Assembly: GCA_963675495.1 (NCBI GenBank)
Contig: OY776215.1
Location: 32,001 to 96,000 of the forward strand
DNA length: 64,000 nucleotides
Origin: an uncultured Methanolobus sp.
Lineage (GTDB): Archaea > Halobacteriota > Methanosarcinia > Methanosarcinales > Methanosarcinaceae
Reading direction: 5' to 3'
The position numbers and the translations under genes are program-made. Under the pieces are notes generated by a model. That model was not told the DNA's origin, searched no databases, and worked only from the letters and a program-made list of their open reading frames with translations. Shown piece by piece: positions 56,083-64,000 of the stretch; the stretch's first letter is position 1; every line of letters begins with the position of its first letter.

Positions 56083-56994
56083 ATGAGTTTTAATGTACAT
56101 GCCATTGGTTCCCGATTTACACACAATAACAGTATTCTAAAGCTTGCAGGTATGCTATGGAACGAAATAGTCTTTGGTGGTCATTTGTTTGCCACAGGTT
56201 CTGTTTCTGTAATAATGGCATGTGCCACGATTTTTATGGTTCCGATAAGTTGGGATATTTTATTTGTGTCGTATCTATTGTTCTATGCAATTTATTTGTA
56301 CGATTATTCAGCAGGTGCTTCTTCAGATGAACTTACAAATGAGGGCCGAGCCCGGTATTTTCAATGCAAGAGCAAAAGTAAATTCATAGTTACTATAGTA
56401 TCTGCTATTCTGTTTCTGGTTCTTTTTACATTTACAAATGCAGTTACAACTCTTATTGGGCTGAGCATTCTGACATTCGGTCTTCTTTATGGCAGTCACT
56501 TCAAGAAACTGACAAAAAAGATACCTGCTTTCAAGAATATTTTTGTTTCTCTGGTCTGGTCTTTCATGGCACTTTTTTTGTTCGTCTATTATTCTCTTCC
56601 CATAACATATGGTGCTCTGATGCTTGCACTTTTTGTATTCATAAGAATGATGAACATACAGATCCTCTTTGATGTAAGGGATGTAGAAGGGGATATTGCA
56701 GATGGTCTTTTGACAATTCCCGCTTTGTTTGGGGAAAGAACGTATCCTTCCATTTTGCGTTTGATCAATTTAGTATCAATCGTTTTTGTCATTGCATGCG
56801 TAATTTTTGGCTTGCTTCCGTTCTTTACACTGGCCATCATGCCCATGTTCTACTATGCTGTCACTTATATTAATAAAGTAATAGAATCAAAGAAAAATTA
56901 TTCCTCTTACGTCTTTGCAGCATGTGAACCCATCATGTGGGCATTGCTTATCTTCGCAGGAAGGTCTATTGCTATGTTCAATATCATGGCTTGA
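56083..56994 (+). CDS. UbiA-family prenyltransferase
   Basis: Multi-TM; YLYDY....SDELTN and FDVRDVEGD...GL.TIP motifs; K.IP.FKN. Confidence 0.8.
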   Translation: MSFNVHAIGSRFTHNNSILKLAGMLWNEIVFGGHLFATGSVSVIMACATIFMVPISWDILFVSYLLFYAIYLYDYSAGASSDELTNEGRARYFQCKSKSKFIVTIVSAILFLVLFTFTNAVTTLIGLSILTFGLLYGSHFKKLTKKIPAFKNIFVSLVWSFMALFLFVYYSLPITYGALMLALFVFIRMMNIQILFDVRDVEGDIADGLLTIPALFGERTYPSILRLINLVSIVFVIACVIFGLLPFFTLAIMPMFYYAVTYINKVIESKKNYSSYVFAACEPIMWALLIFAGRSIAMFNIMA

Positions 56995-57120
56995 GGAATA
57001 GTTCTATTTCAGAGTTGTTACTTCTGAATCTGCATTTAAACAAAAACATTAAATGGAAAGCTGGATATGTTCTGCTAGATTATAGCTGGAAGTAACCAGG
57101 GAAGGAAAGAGGAAAACCCG

Positions 57121-58740
57121 ATGCCGATCATAACCTTACCATATAATGACCTTGAAGAATTGACAGGAACAGACAAGGATACTATAATTAAGCGCGTGCC
57201 TATGATAGGTGCAGATATCGAGCGCATAGAAAAAGAGTCCATAGATATCGAGTTCTTCCCTGACCGCCCGGACCTTTATAGTGTCGAAGGCGTTGCACGT
57301 GCACTGCGCGGTTTTCTGGACATTGAATCCGGTTTTTGTGACTATGAGGTAAAACCATACACTGTTGAGATCACAAAGGACAAGGACATTGATTCTGTCC
57401 GCCCGATATTTGGTTGTGCTATTGTCAGGGGTGTCAATTTCAGTTCCAGTGCCATAAAGACCCTTATGGACCTTCAGGAGTCCCTTCACTGGGGACTTGG
57501 GCGTGACCGTAAAAAAGTGTCCATAGGTGTTCATGACCTTTCAAAGGTCCAGGCTCCTTTCCGCTATGTTGCAGCAGACCCTGAGTTCAGTTTCGTTCCT
57601 CTTGACTTCACAGAACCAATGTCAATGAAGGAAATACTTGAGAAGCATCCAAAAGGCACACGTTTTGCGCATATACTTGATGAGTTTGATAAGTATCCTC
57701 TAATACTTGATGCTAATGACAATGTTCTTTCATTCCCACCGATAATTAACGGTACTCTCACGATGGTTACTGAGGAAACCACTGATCTTCTGGTCGATGT
57801 TACCGGTTTGAGCAATGAGGTCTACACTGCACTCAATATTGTGACAACCGCACTTGCAGAGCGTGGCGGCCAGATCGAGTACGTGAAAGTGGTGAATGCC
57901 GATGGCACAGAATCCATTCCGCTGGACCTAAGTCCTGCAAAAAAGGTACTGAGCAGATCCGAGATCGATGGGCTCATTGGTATGGAACTTCCTGTTGCTG
58001 AGATAATAAAACAGCTTAACAGAATGGGATTTGGTGCAAAGGAGCTTGAAAATGACCGTATTGGGGTCATGGTTCCCCGTTACCGTGCTGATATCCTGGA
58101 TAATTCTGACATCATTGAGGATATAGCAGTTGGATATGGTTTTGATAAGATACCTGCAGTATTTCCAATGAATGCAACTGTAGGCAAGTCCCACAGTATA
58201 TCTGACATAAGTTCTGATATGCGTGAAATAATGACAGGACTTGGTTATTTACAGGTAATGCCGTTCACTCTCACAAGCGAGAAGGTTCATTTCGAATGGA
58301 TGTGCAGGGAAAAGACAGATGATGTTACATATGTCTTGCATCCGATAAGTGAAGACCAGACCATGGTCAGGACGACCATATTGCCAAACCTGATCGAAAT
58401 TCTTTCCATGAACCAGCACAGGGAACTGCCACAACGTATTTTTGAAGCTGGTGATGTTGTGATCAATGGTAATAATGGTCTGCATCTTGCAGCTGTTTCC
58501 ATAAGTCCACAAGCAAATTTCACGGAAATAAGGGAACTTGTGGATGCCCTGATGCGTGAGCGCCTTGTGGAATACGAAATAGTTGAATCAGAGGATCCTG
58601 CTTTTATGGAAGGCAGAAGGGCTGATATTATCGTTAATGGAAAGAAGATAGGTGTCATGGGAGAACTGTTCCCGCAGGTAATAGTCAATTTTGGCCTTGG
58701 ACAACCTATTGTAGGATTTGAGATCGATCTGATGAATTGA
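57121..58740 (+). CDS. pheT: Phenylalanine--tRNA ligase beta subunit (archaeal type)
   Basis: [40 protein letters not shown]...DIIED.A..YG, P..FE.G.V. Confidence 0.96.
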   Translation: MPIITLPYNDLEELTGTDKDTIIKRVPMIGADIERIEKESIDIEFFPDRPDLYSVEGVARALRGFLDIESGFCDYEVKPYTVEITKDKDIDSVRPIFGCAIVRGVNFSSSAIKTLMDLQESLHWGLGRDRKKVSIGVHDLSKVQAPFRYVAADPEFSFVPLDFTEPMSMKEILEKHPKGTRFAHILDEFDKYPLILDANDNVLSFPPIINGTLTMVTEETTDLLVDVTGLSNEVYTALNIVTTALAERGGQIEYVKVVNADGTESIPLDLSPAKKVLSRSEIDGLIGMELPVAEIIKQLNRMGFGAKELENDRIGVMVPRYRADILDNSDIIEDIAVGYGFDKIPAVFPMNATVGKSHSISDISSDMREIMTGLGYLQVMPFTLTSEKVHFEWMCREKTDDVTYVLHPISEDQTMVRTTILPNLIEILSMNQHRELPQRIFEAGDVVINGNNGLHLAAVSISPQANFTEIRELVDALMRERLVEYEIVESEDPAFMEGRRADIIVNGKKIGVMGELFPQVIVNFGLGQPIVGFEIDLMN

Positions 58741-58783
58741 TCTTCAATACTTTTTTATTGTATTTAGAATTAGAAAAATTGAA

Positions 58784-58880
58784 CGGGCCCGCCGCGATTC
58801 GAACACGAGTCAATGGGTATCTTCGGACATTTTATGTCACATCGAAGCCCATTAGGATATCCTGGCTACCCTACGAGCCC
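58784..58880 (-). tRNA. tRNA-Arg(TCG) with a 23-nt intron at 37/38 (58819-58841)
   Basis: Acceptor GGGCTCG/CGGGCCC, anticodon stem ATGGG/CCCAT, loop CT-TCG-A^A, TTCGAAT T-loop; CTTC/GAAG helix with 3-nt bulges (BHB); CCA not encoded. Confidence 0.93.
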
Positions 58881-58921
58881 GCAAGGCAACTACTGATTGC
58901 TGTAGCCTGTATTAAAGGTTT

Positions 58922-59674
58922 CTATAATAAAAGTCCTGATATAATTCTTAATGCTATTGTCAGGAGCACGATTCCAAACGTCTTTTGAAGTGTTTCTGCC
59001 TTTATTTTACCATGCATCAGGTGAGAACCCAGCTGTGCTCCCAAAAATGATGCTATCACCACAGCAGCCACCATGTATGTGTCAGGATTCCAGGAAGAGG
59101 CATGTGCCAGAAATGCGGACAGGGATGTAAAAAGTACTATAAATCCGGAACTTGCTGCAGCTCGCTTTATAGTAAATCCGAATATCAGTAGTAAAGGTAC
59201 GATAAATGTGCCACCGCCAATTCCAAGCATGCCGGATATGATTCCTATAATTAATCCGCAGACACCTATCAGCACATATCTTTTTTCCCCTTTGATCTGT
59301 TTTCCGTGATACAAGGTTCGGATTCTGGAAAAGATCATCTCTTCCCCAACGATTAGCATAAGCAGTGCAAACATAAAGAGCAGAAGATTCACAGGTACTA
59401 TTATTGTAAAATATGCTCCTATCAGTGCTCCTATCATCGAGGCAACTATGAAAGGGATCGTTATTTTGAAATCCACCATCTGTTTTCTAATGTATGTGAT
59501 GGCTGCCGATCCTGAGGTGATGGTGTTAAGAAGCAGTGCAATGGTTACCGAAGAGATAAAATCTCCACTTATCCAGTAAAAGAAAGGCACGTAGAATATT
59601 GCTCCACCAAGTCCGATCATTGAGAAAAGCGAAGACGCACAAAAAACGACAAGTGCAAGAACTATAGTTTCCAT
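58922..59674 (-). CDS. TauE/SafE (TSUP) sulfite exporter family protein
   Basis: GLGGAIFYVP and GMLGIGGGTFIVP repeats; multi-TM. Confidence 0.88.
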   Translation of the reverse strand: METIVLALVVFCASSLFSMIGLGGAIFYVPFFYWISGDFISSVTIALLLNTITSGSAAITYIRKQMVDFKITIPFIVASMIGALIGAYFTIIVPVNLLLFMFALLMLIVGEEMIFSRIRTLYHGKQIKGEKRYVLIGVCGLIIGIISGMLGIGGGTFIVPLLLIFGFTIKRAAASSGFIVLFTSLSAFLAHASSWNPDTYMVAAVVIASFLGAQLGSHLMHGKIKAETLQKTFGIVLLTIALRIISGLLL

Positions 59675-59711
59675 TTATCAGCAATCCGCAAAATTAGTCA
59701 TTTTTTGTATG

Positions 59712-60410
59712 TCACTTGGGCTTGACATACTTATCCTTGAACATCTTTATTTTTTCTTTTCCACCAACAACAGCAACAACATCACCCTTCAATACTACTG
59801 TGGATGGCAGTATGTCTGTAATGATTTTTCCATCTCTTTCAATTCCTATTATGGTGCATGCCAGTTTATTTCTCAGGTCGATGTCTGCGACACTTTTATT
59901 TGCAAGCTCTTTATCGCTGGTGACTGTGTGTTTCTCAATGTCTATGCCTTCATATAACATGATATCTTCATTCATTTTTTTACATGTTGCATCAAGGAGG
60001 CAACGCGATGTCATTTTTCCAAGCATCTGGCCGGCAACGATTGGGAGCGCTGCAACATAATCCGCACCAGCTTTGTAGATCTTATCAATTGATTTATAGG
60101 AATTTGCCCGTGCTATAATGGTGGATTTTGGATTTAATCCCCGGGTGATGAGTGTAGCAAACATGACATCAGTATCGTCATTCAGGGATATGATAACTGT
60201 AGTTGCATTTGGAATGCCTGCCTGTATAAGGATTTCTTCTTCTGTTGCATTACCCACGACATAGTTATAGTCTACATTTTCAAAAATGTGGACATTAGAA
60301 TCCACAACAGTGAATGTTATCTTGGCATATTTGAGAGTTTCCACTACACGCCTGCCAACATCCCCACATCCAAGTACTACAAGATGTCCTTTGTCAGTTG
60401 CATTTTCCAT
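59712..60410 (-). CDS. TrkA-like RCK (N+C) regulatory protein
   Basis: HLVVLGCGDVG, GNAT....L..AGI, IIARAN, AGADYV, IIGIERDG. Confidence 0.88.
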   Translation of the reverse strand: MENATDKGHLVVLGCGDVGRRVVETLKYAKITFTVVDSNVHIFENVDYNYVVGNATEEEILIQAGIPNATTVIISLNDDTDVMFATLITRGLNPKSTIIARANSYKSIDKIYKAGADYVAALPIVAGQMLGKMTSRCLLDATCKKMNEDIMLYEGIDIEKHTVTSDKELANKSVADIDLRNKLACTIIGIERDGKIITDILPSTVVLKGDVVAVVGGKEKIKMFKDKYVKPK

Positions 60411-60415
60411 TCATG

Positions 60416-61426
60416 TTACTCCATGTGTTGTGTCAGTTTCTTCAGACGGGATAATTGCTCACTTGAACCTGTTGCAAGCAGAACAGAATCGTCCTTTATT
60501 ATTTCATCCGATTTGATAATAAAGGTCAAGCTTCCACCTTTCCACATCCCCACAACATTAGCGCCGGTTTTTTCCCGAATGGCTGCATTTTTCATGTTTT
60601 TTCCTACAAGGGGGCTTTTTGGGTATATGGGCAATTCCACAATGCTAACACCCTCAAAGAACTCTATGGCTCCCGTCAGCCTGTTAACAAAAGGATCAGT
60701 TGCTTTCCTTCCTATGAACCTCCCAAACATTTCCTTTGGAGAAACAACACTGGTGGCACCGGCATATTTAAGGTATTTTTTATTGGACCTGTCTTCAACT
60801 ATGGCTATTATATTAAGATCGCTGATGTTACGGGCTGTCAACACAATATTTGCATTCAATTCATCTGAGCGGTTTGCAATCAGGAAATGCGCATCTTTGA
60901 TATTTGCATTTTTTAAAGTATCTTCTTCGTATACAGGGCCAAATATGGTATGAATATTTTTTTTGAGCAGATCTTTTATCAGCTCCGAATCTTCTTCTAT
61001 AAGAATATATGGAACATTATTCTCATTCAATTCCTCAATAAGTGTTTCTATAAGCCTGTTATAACCACAGATTATTATATGGTCCTTAAGTTTTTTTGAA
61101 GATTTGGTAGGTATATTGGAATGGATCACCTTTTCCATCCAGGTAATTATCAGGGTGAAAAGTATTCCGAAAACAAGAGGTATTCCTGATAACTGTACAA
61201 AGACTGAGAATATTTTACCCAGATGTGAGGTTACAACAATGTCTCCATATCCTACAGTAGTAAGGGTTGAGACTACCCAGTAAAAAGCATCGTAAAAGTT
61301 TACGTATGTGGTCTGACCTTCATAGATCATTATCCTCATAAAAAGAAGCATGTAGAATAGTATGATGGCAAGAGCTCCAGTGACTGATTTTAACAAGGTC
61401 ATATGCCAGAGGTGCTCGTTTTTCAC
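60416..61426 (-). CDS. 2-TM potassium channel with RCK domain (MthK/Kch-like)
   Basis: FYW...TLTTVGYGD selectivity filter; HIIICGY; AGATSVVSP; TrkA-C. Confidence 0.92.
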   Translation of the reverse strand: MKNEHLWHMTLLKSVTGALAIILFYMLLFMRIMIYEGQTTYVNFYDAFYWVVSTLTTVGYGDIVVTSHLGKIFSVFVQLSGIPLVFGILFTLIITWMEKVIHSNIPTKSSKKLKDHIIICGYNRLIETLIEELNENNVPYILIEEDSELIKDLLKKNIHTIFGPVYEEDTLKNANIKDAHFLIANRSDELNANIVLTARNISDLNIIAIVEDRSNKKYLKYAGATSVVSPKEMFGRFIGRKATDPFVNRLTGAIEFFEGVSIVELPIYPKSPLVGKNMKNAAIREKTGANVVGMWKGGSLTFIIKSDEIIKDDSVLLATGSSEQLSRLKKLTQHME

Positions 61427-61478
61427 CGATTTCTCACCTTTCGATCTTAGCTTCTTTTTATTGAGTTACGTTATGTGG

Positions 61479-63227
61479 TCAGAATCCATGTACGATGTAT
61501 GGTCCAAATATCATGAACAGGAATGACAGAAGTATCAGCATTGCAAAGGTTGCAGCTATCAGTGCAGATACATGCTCTGCCTTTTCTTCATTACCTGTTA
61601 TCCTGAACACGAATGCGTTCATGTAGTCCCTGAATACGTGTCCACCATCAAGTGGAACAGCAGGCAGGCAGTTGAAAAGTCCTACATAGAAATTCAGCCA
61701 TCCAATCCACAGAAGGGCATTTGCAAGCCAGAATACGCCTATTCCAAAAGGTTCAGCCCAGCCGATAGGTTCATAGAACTGTGCAAGTGTTCCACTGAAA
61801 CCCGGGAATCCTTCTCCTGCAAAACCAATGATCGGCAGTCCCAGAAGTACTAGCCATCCTGCAATACCTGTTAGCATTTGAGGTATGCTCTTAAAGAGGT
61901 CAAGGTAAGCAGTGGCGGGGAATTCTCCCACAGCGATCCCAAGGGATGTTTCGACCTGACCGTCCACGCTCGTAACGACACCCAAAAAGCCTTTGTTCTC
62001 AACATCAGGGTGTTCTGTCAGGGTGACATTATATTTTGTTGTCCCTTCCAGATCTTCTGCTCCAAGTTCAACAATGACTTCCTGCCCTGGTTCACTGTTA
62101 TTCATTATGGTCCTGAAATCAGTGTATGAGCGTATTGGGCTATCATCTATATACAGAATGTTCATGCCTGCTTCAAGTCCTGCCGCAGAAGCTGGTGAAT
62201 CATCAACTATGCTCTGTATCTGTATGCCCGCCGGTTCAATGTCTGCGTCTATGACCTCGGCTCCATAGCTGGATATTACCCGGTCGGATGCCGCATAGAC
62301 TGTAACTTTTGTTCCTGTTTCAAGCCCGTCAAGATATTGCAGCATATCATTGACATTGCTTATTTGAGTGTCATCTATCTGCGTGATGACCATGTTCTCC
62401 CGAATGCCGGCTGCATAAGCAGGACTTCCTTCCTGTACATTTACGACCATGGTATCTCCGAGTGGAGAAAGTGATCCAAGTACCGGGCCAAAAAGGAGAC
62501 TGAATGCGAGAAGCGCAACAACAAAGTTCGCCATTACACCTGCTGCAAGAATACGTGCTCTTTGCTTGCGGCTTGCAATTTTCTCATCACTCTTGATGAC
62601 TTTAGTGACGACTTTCTTCTCTTCGTCATCGCCGATGTCTATTCCAAGCCTGCGATCACCGTATGGATCATCTGCTTCATTGTATTCTTCTTCCTTTTTG
62701 CCGAAAAGTTCCTCTTCATCCGGTTCAGCAAAACCTCCGATAGGAACGACTGCAAGCAGGATTCCCATGGATTTTACCCTTATGTCCTCAACGCGGCAGA
62801 GTATGGCATGTGAGAACTCATGTACTATAAGAGTAACAACAAGTGCAATTATTCCCCACGTAAGTGGTATGAATTCGTTGACGCCGGGTATGAGGAAAAT
62901 GTTTCTTGCCTCGTTGAATTTACTTGGCTCCGGCATTGAATTACTTCCAATGGAAGCTATCATTGCAATGTCGGACAATATGATAACAAGAAACATTGCT
63001 ATCATTCCAATGAACATCAGTCTGATGCCTATGTCTGCATAGACTCTCCATGCTTTCTTTGGAACTGCAAGTTTGTCCAGAAGTTTCAACCCGTGTGTTG
63101 TCCTTATCATAAGGACAGGTCCGTAAGTGCTGATATTATACTTTTTCAATATTCCTTTCCTGTCAAGCATTATTACGGCTATCCAGTAAAGAAAAAAGAG
63201 TGTTAATGCAATATTTGTTCCGTCCAA
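61479..63227 (-). CDS. Site-2 protease (M50) with two PDZ domains
   Basis: HEFSH, PIGGFAEPD, AGVMANF, two SPA..AG PDZ units, NCLPAVPLDGGH. Confidence 0.93.
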   Translation of the reverse strand: MDGTNIALTLFFLYWIAVIMLDRKGILKKYNISTYGPVLMIRTTHGLKLLDKLAVPKKAWRVYADIGIRLMFIGMIAMFLVIILSDIAMIASIGSNSMPEPSKFNEARNIFLIPGVNEFIPLTWGIIALVVTLIVHEFSHAILCRVEDIRVKSMGILLAVVPIGGFAEPDEEELFGKKEEEYNEADDPYGDRRLGIDIGDDEEKKVVTKVIKSDEKIASRKQRARILAAGVMANFVVALLAFSLLFGPVLGSLSPLGDTMVVNVQEGSPAYAAGIRENMVITQIDDTQISNVNDMLQYLDGLETGTKVTVYAASDRVISSYGAEVIDADIEPAGIQIQSIVDDSPASAAGLEAGMNILYIDDSPIRSYTDFRTIMNNSEPGQEVIVELGAEDLEGTTKYNVTLTEHPDVENKGFLGVVTSVDGQVETSLGIAVGEFPATAYLDLFKSIPQMLTGIAGWLVLLGLPIIGFAGEGFPGFSGTLAQFYEPIGWAEPFGIGVFWLANALLWIGWLNFYVGLFNCLPAVPLDGGHVFRDYMNAFVFRITGNEEKAEHVSALIAATFAMLILLSFLFMIFGPYIVHGF

Positions 63228-63692
63228 AAAAACTCTCCGGCATTAGTGTTATTCGAATATGGTTCTAATTCTTTTTATAAGGTATATATGTTTGTCACTT
63301 TATACCTTGCAGAATAATATACTTTTTCAAGTTGGGTATGGGTAAATGAATTGTGTATTTATATATACTAAGTAAATATAATAAAATAATGGGATAAATT
63401 TATATATGTCATTTTTCAAATGTACTACTAGACGTTTGTCTGCTTTCCATCCCTTTCTCAAGGGTTAATGTAAGGATGATATATGAAACGTTTGACAGGC
63501 TTTCAGGGCTGTCTTCAGTTGTCAGTTATTCACTTGCATAAAAGGATAAGTATAAAAACAATAAAGGAAATATAGCAATTACAGAAATCCAAAACGTCGA
63601 TAAACGTTGATACATGGTTACAGTAATATTCGAGCAACAACTGAAAACCATAACACTATACCGAAATGTAACATATCCGTGAGGGGATGAAT

Positions 63693-64000
63693 GTGCAATC
63701 AATAGTTCAGGAAGCATTAAAACACACAGAGAAAGAGAAAGAGTACCGCCAGTCAATCGCAGTTAATGACCAGTTCAGTGACATCCTTGGCCAGCCCAGG
63801 ATCATGATCGTTGGATGTGGTGGTGCAGGTAATAACACTATTAACAGACTTTACAACATGGGCATCGAAGGTGCTGAAACAGTGGCAATAAACACTGACA
63901 AGCAACACCTCGATCTTATCCGTGCTGACAAGAAGATCCTTGTGGGTAAGACGCTCACCCGTGGTCTTGGTGCCGGAGGTTATCCGGAAATTGGTGCCAA
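63693..64000 (+). CDS. ftsZ: Cell division protein FtsZ (FtsZ2-like), 5' part
   Basis: Not in ORF track (no stop in window); [10 protein letters not shown]...[19 protein letters not shown]...AINTD.QHL...[10 protein letters not shown]; GTG start behind GAGGGG. Confidence 0.95.
   Translation, partial: MQSIVQEALKHTEKEKEYRQSIAVNDQFSDILGQPRIMIVGCGGAGNNTINRLYNMGIEGAETVAINTDKQHLDLIRADKKILVGKTLTRGLGAGGYPEIGA

Noticed and set aside
58784-58830. tRNA 3' end as an integration site
   Set aside because: No duplicated tRNA fragment or integrase seen; flanked by core-type genes
63483-63575. 30-aa ORF upstream of ftsZ as CdrS
   Set aside because: Sequence (MKRLTGFQGCLQLSVIHLHKRISIKTIKEI) is too short and lacks the RHH pattern
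1-64000. Numerous 60-220 aa ORFs antisense to or overlapping the called genes (e.g. 4128-4775, 32562-33170, 51708-52244, 60288-60953, 62449-63042)
   Set aside because: They lie within genes with clear family motifs, lack motifs or RBS themselves, and are typical shadow ORFs

Overview
Archaeal chromosomal segment, most likely from a methylotrophic methanogen of the Methanosarcinaceae (Methanolobus-like). This is inferred from PGF-CTERM/PGF-pre-PGF surface proteins, IorAB-PaaK, archaeal PheT, RNase HII and FtsZ, and an intron-containing tRNA-Arg(TCG). The left half is accessory: a 2142-aa lectin/Ca-binding surface protein with an internal hydrophobic domain, an ArsP-type metalloid-stress operon with a twin palindromic operator, and a 10.7-kb block bounded by a perfect 29-bp direct repeat. 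That block encodes a cobamide-salvage set (CbiZ, BtuFCD-like ABC transporter, a triple DUF4430/transcobalamin-like surface protein, two PQQ-type beta-propeller surface proteins) and has a cohesin protein beside it. The middle holds a sensor kinase, small enzymes, a PKD adhesin, sodium:solute symporters with unlisted microprotein partners and an IorAB-PaaK aryl-acid module. The right half is mostly core: an AsnB-Dph6 fusion, pgsA-like, purS/purQ, rnhB, a type IV pilus-like ATPase and membrane platform, UbiA, pheT, tRNA-Arg, a K+ channel, an S2P protease and the 5' part of ftsZ. No CRISPR array, transposase or integrase was seen. All family calls come from motif recognition by eye, not database searches.
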